Positions 61,631-64,000 of a stretch of 64,000 nucleotides of DNA are shown in pieces. The stretch comes from Psammoneis japonica (taxonomy: Eukaryota). The DNA is taken from contig QPGO01000059.1 of assembly GCA_008632985.1 (NCBI GenBank), positions 186,001 to 250,000 of the forward strand. The letters are read 5' to 3'. Both the position numbers and the translations under genes were made by a program. Positions within the stretch are counted from its first letter, which is position 1. The number at the start of each line of letters is the position of its first letter. Under the pieces are notes generated by a model that saw nothing but the letters and a program-made list of their open reading frames with translations, was not told where the DNA came from and ran no database searches.

Positions 61631-61739
61631 TTGTGGGGGGACACAATTTTCCATCACATCATTTCCACATGAAAGGGAAAATGGATGTTGTGCAGTTAAG
61701 TGCAGTTGTGTGAGCAAGGGGCAGTTGTCGTGCACAATT

Positions 61740-62300
61740 TTTGCAGGCTGTGCACATGAAATTTGAATTGATTCTGGTGCCATGTTCCACCTTTTTGTGT
61801 TCAGAGATGCACCCAACCGCTCCTCTTGGGTTCCCTCGAAGCACCATTCTGTTGAATGTCTCAGCATGCTGCTCAGGCATCTCCTCCCTCTCAGTGGTCT
61901 TCAGTTTAGCTTCAAGCAGCCGCTCCATTGACTGGATCAGCATTTTGTGCTCACCCACGTCCCAATTGTCCATGTGCGTGCTGAGAAAAGTTCTGACATC
62001 TTTGGCTCCTTTTGTGTTGTGGTCCCACTGCAAAACAACCATTTGATGTGCTGTGAATCTTTCCAAGTTCCACTTCTGCATTGTGACTCCATGCAGCAGC
62101 TCTGCCAACATTGTGACAAACCATTTGCCAACCAAATCATTTGGCACATTGCATTGTTGCCATGGGTGGGGCACTGGCCAGTGCCGGTGCTCTTGCCACA
62201 TCTCTTGTCGTCCAACATTCCACCATCCAGTTTGGTGCTGTCACTGAGATGACATGTCTTGCCATGTGTCTTGCATGTGATCCATTCTGCATCTGAATTG
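61740..62300 (-). mobile_element. Non-LTR retrotransposon fragment (CRE-like, region upstream of RT)
   Basis: VGKWFV..LAELLHGV...KWN.ER...VVLQ...GAKDVR..L...W..G...FNRMVLRG.PRGAV pattern. Confidence 0.55.
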
Positions 62301-64000
62301 AAGTTGTTGGGTGTGTCATTGGTGTTGTCAGTTGATGGGGCAATGGCTCCATCCGAGCCCTGTCTGTCCTCCAACTGTGCACTGTCCCTTGTGGCAGTGT
62401 CAACCTCCTCATTGGTTCCACCCTCATCAGCACCCGTCTCTTGATTGTTGGGTGCAATGTTTTCTTTGTTGGCTTTGGGTCTGGCCTTGTTTTTGTTTTG
62501 TTTGTGGTGGCATCAGGGGTGTCGTTGATGAATTGACAAACTTTTGGCTGAAGCGGAGCACCTGTGGAGAAACACATCACAATGACAAAGAGCCAAAAGT
62601 TGGATTTCCTGAAGATGAGTGTTTTTCAGCAATGATGGCAGATTGGTTCACAATTGCAGGGAACAAGAGGAAGTGAAAATGACTGATGCTTGGTCAAGAC
62701 TTGATGGCAGCAAATGAATTCAATGGCAACAAACAGTGACTTGTGAGCTGATCTGCCACATTGCAATTGAACACCCTCCATCAAAGCTGCTTCCATGCTG
62801 TCAACAAGGGCCCAGCTGGCCTTGATGGAAAGAGCCACAAAGGCACTTTGAGACCAAAATCAATGCTCCAGCAGGCCCATGAGATTTCACTGTTGTTCAT
62901 TGTGCCTTGTTGGTTTGCTGGCTCTCTGCTCTCTGTGCATGCACTCTAGAGCAGTGATGAGTGGAGTTCCATGTTGCAAGTCTCAAGGAAACATCCATTG
63001 AGAACAGCCTTTCTGTCTTTGCTGCTGTGGAAGGCTTTCTTGTTGAGAGTCTCTGCTGCATCATTTTTTGGTGTTGCCACAGCATTTGGGCATTTTTTGC
63101 CCAACCAGCTTTGAACAAACTGTGCTCTCCATTTTGAGCCACTTCTGCATCTTGCAATTTTGCTTCTTGCAATGATTTTTGTCCTTCCTTGTTGAAAATG
63201 ACTCCTTGTGCATCAACAACAGACTGCACATTTTCTTGTGCACTGCTTCCCATGGCAGCAGCTTCTGTGGTGCAAGTCCTCCTTGCATTCTCAACTCTGC
63301 AACTGCTTCCACTGCTGTGCACCACTGTTGCAGCTGCGCCAGCAATTCACACATTTGGGCTCTTGACAAGCTTGAAACAATTGCGGAGATTTGGCCAAAT
63401 CATTTCCAAACAACAGCGCCTCAACATTCATTGCTTTTGCATTTGCACCTGGCTTCTCACATCATTGCTCATGCCACTCAGGTGCCTTGTTGGTGTTCTT
63501 AGGATCAGCCCACTGACCAAATTTTGCTGCACACATTGCACCACCTTTCACTGAACTTTGAATTGTTTCCTTCACTGTTGTCACCTCCACAATGCTCTTC
63601 TGGGTGCTGAAATGCCTTGTGTCTTTTCTTGTGATGGCTGCAGCACTTGGTGTCATCGGCGCCTGACAAGCAAACACTTCCTTTGTTTCATCTCCTGGAT
63701 CTGAGGTGCCATGCATGGCCCTCCACAACTGTGCCATGCCTTCTTGCATCTTCTTGAGCTCTGGTGATTTCCTTTGATCGTCTGTTCAACAATGAGTGCC
63801 AACAAGTTGAGTTCTTTTTATTTTTCACCAACACAGTCACAACCAGCTCATTCTTTTCAACTTTGAAGCTGGCGGCGAGTTGTGCTTGATCTTAAAACTG
63901 GTGCCCAGTTGCTCAAATGACTTGCTTGGTCAAACTGTCCTCCCGATGGAGATTTTTCCCAGCAGAGCAAATCTCAGCTTCACACACTGGCCCCATCAAT

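Larger units (their letters stand above)
57040..64000. mobile_element. TpA- and CpG-depleted block of nested decayed elements and gene fragments
   Basis: Contains MITE copy B, a non-LTR fragment, a host pseudogene and ~500-bp tandem units (about 57270 and 57770). Confidence 0.7.

Noticed and set aside
4000..64000. Hundreds of short overlapping Cys/His-rich ORFs as real genes or zinc-finger proteins
   Set aside because: Explained by loss of TAA/TAG stops and Tyr>Cys/His conversion in decayed repeats.

Overview
Eukaryotic genomic DNA, most likely from a diatom: short GT-AG introns, diatom-type gene families, and bacterial-type AcnB and monomeric IDH. The window alternates between ordinary gene-rich sequence and transposon-rich blocks at about 4.0-18.2, 21.3-26.1, 44.8-46.5 and 57.0-64.0 kb. 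Host genes are a putative glycosyltransferase, an adenosine-specific-kinase-family protein, three tandemly duplicated two-domain Kunitz inhibitors, two NYN/YacP-like nucleases, a mitochondrial-type gamma carbonic anhydrase, an ankyrin-MYND protein, an ARM-like protein, aconitase B, monomeric NADP-IDH, a Pho84-like phosphate transporter and a MATH-BTB protein. The transposon blocks hold two decayed Ty3/Gypsy copies, an 11.15-kb TIR element with a Plavaka-like transposase and large cargo ORFs, a Helitron fragment, two copies of a 396-bp MITE and a non-LTR fragment. The standout signal is that these blocks have lost almost every TpA dinucleotide, converted to TpG or CpA on both strands (Tyr to Cys/His throughout). 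This is the opposite direction to fungal RIP and is separable from CpG decay. It points to a region-targeted A:T to G:C hypermutation or genome-defence process that I do not recognise as described. All family assignments come from motif recognition by eye; no searches were run.
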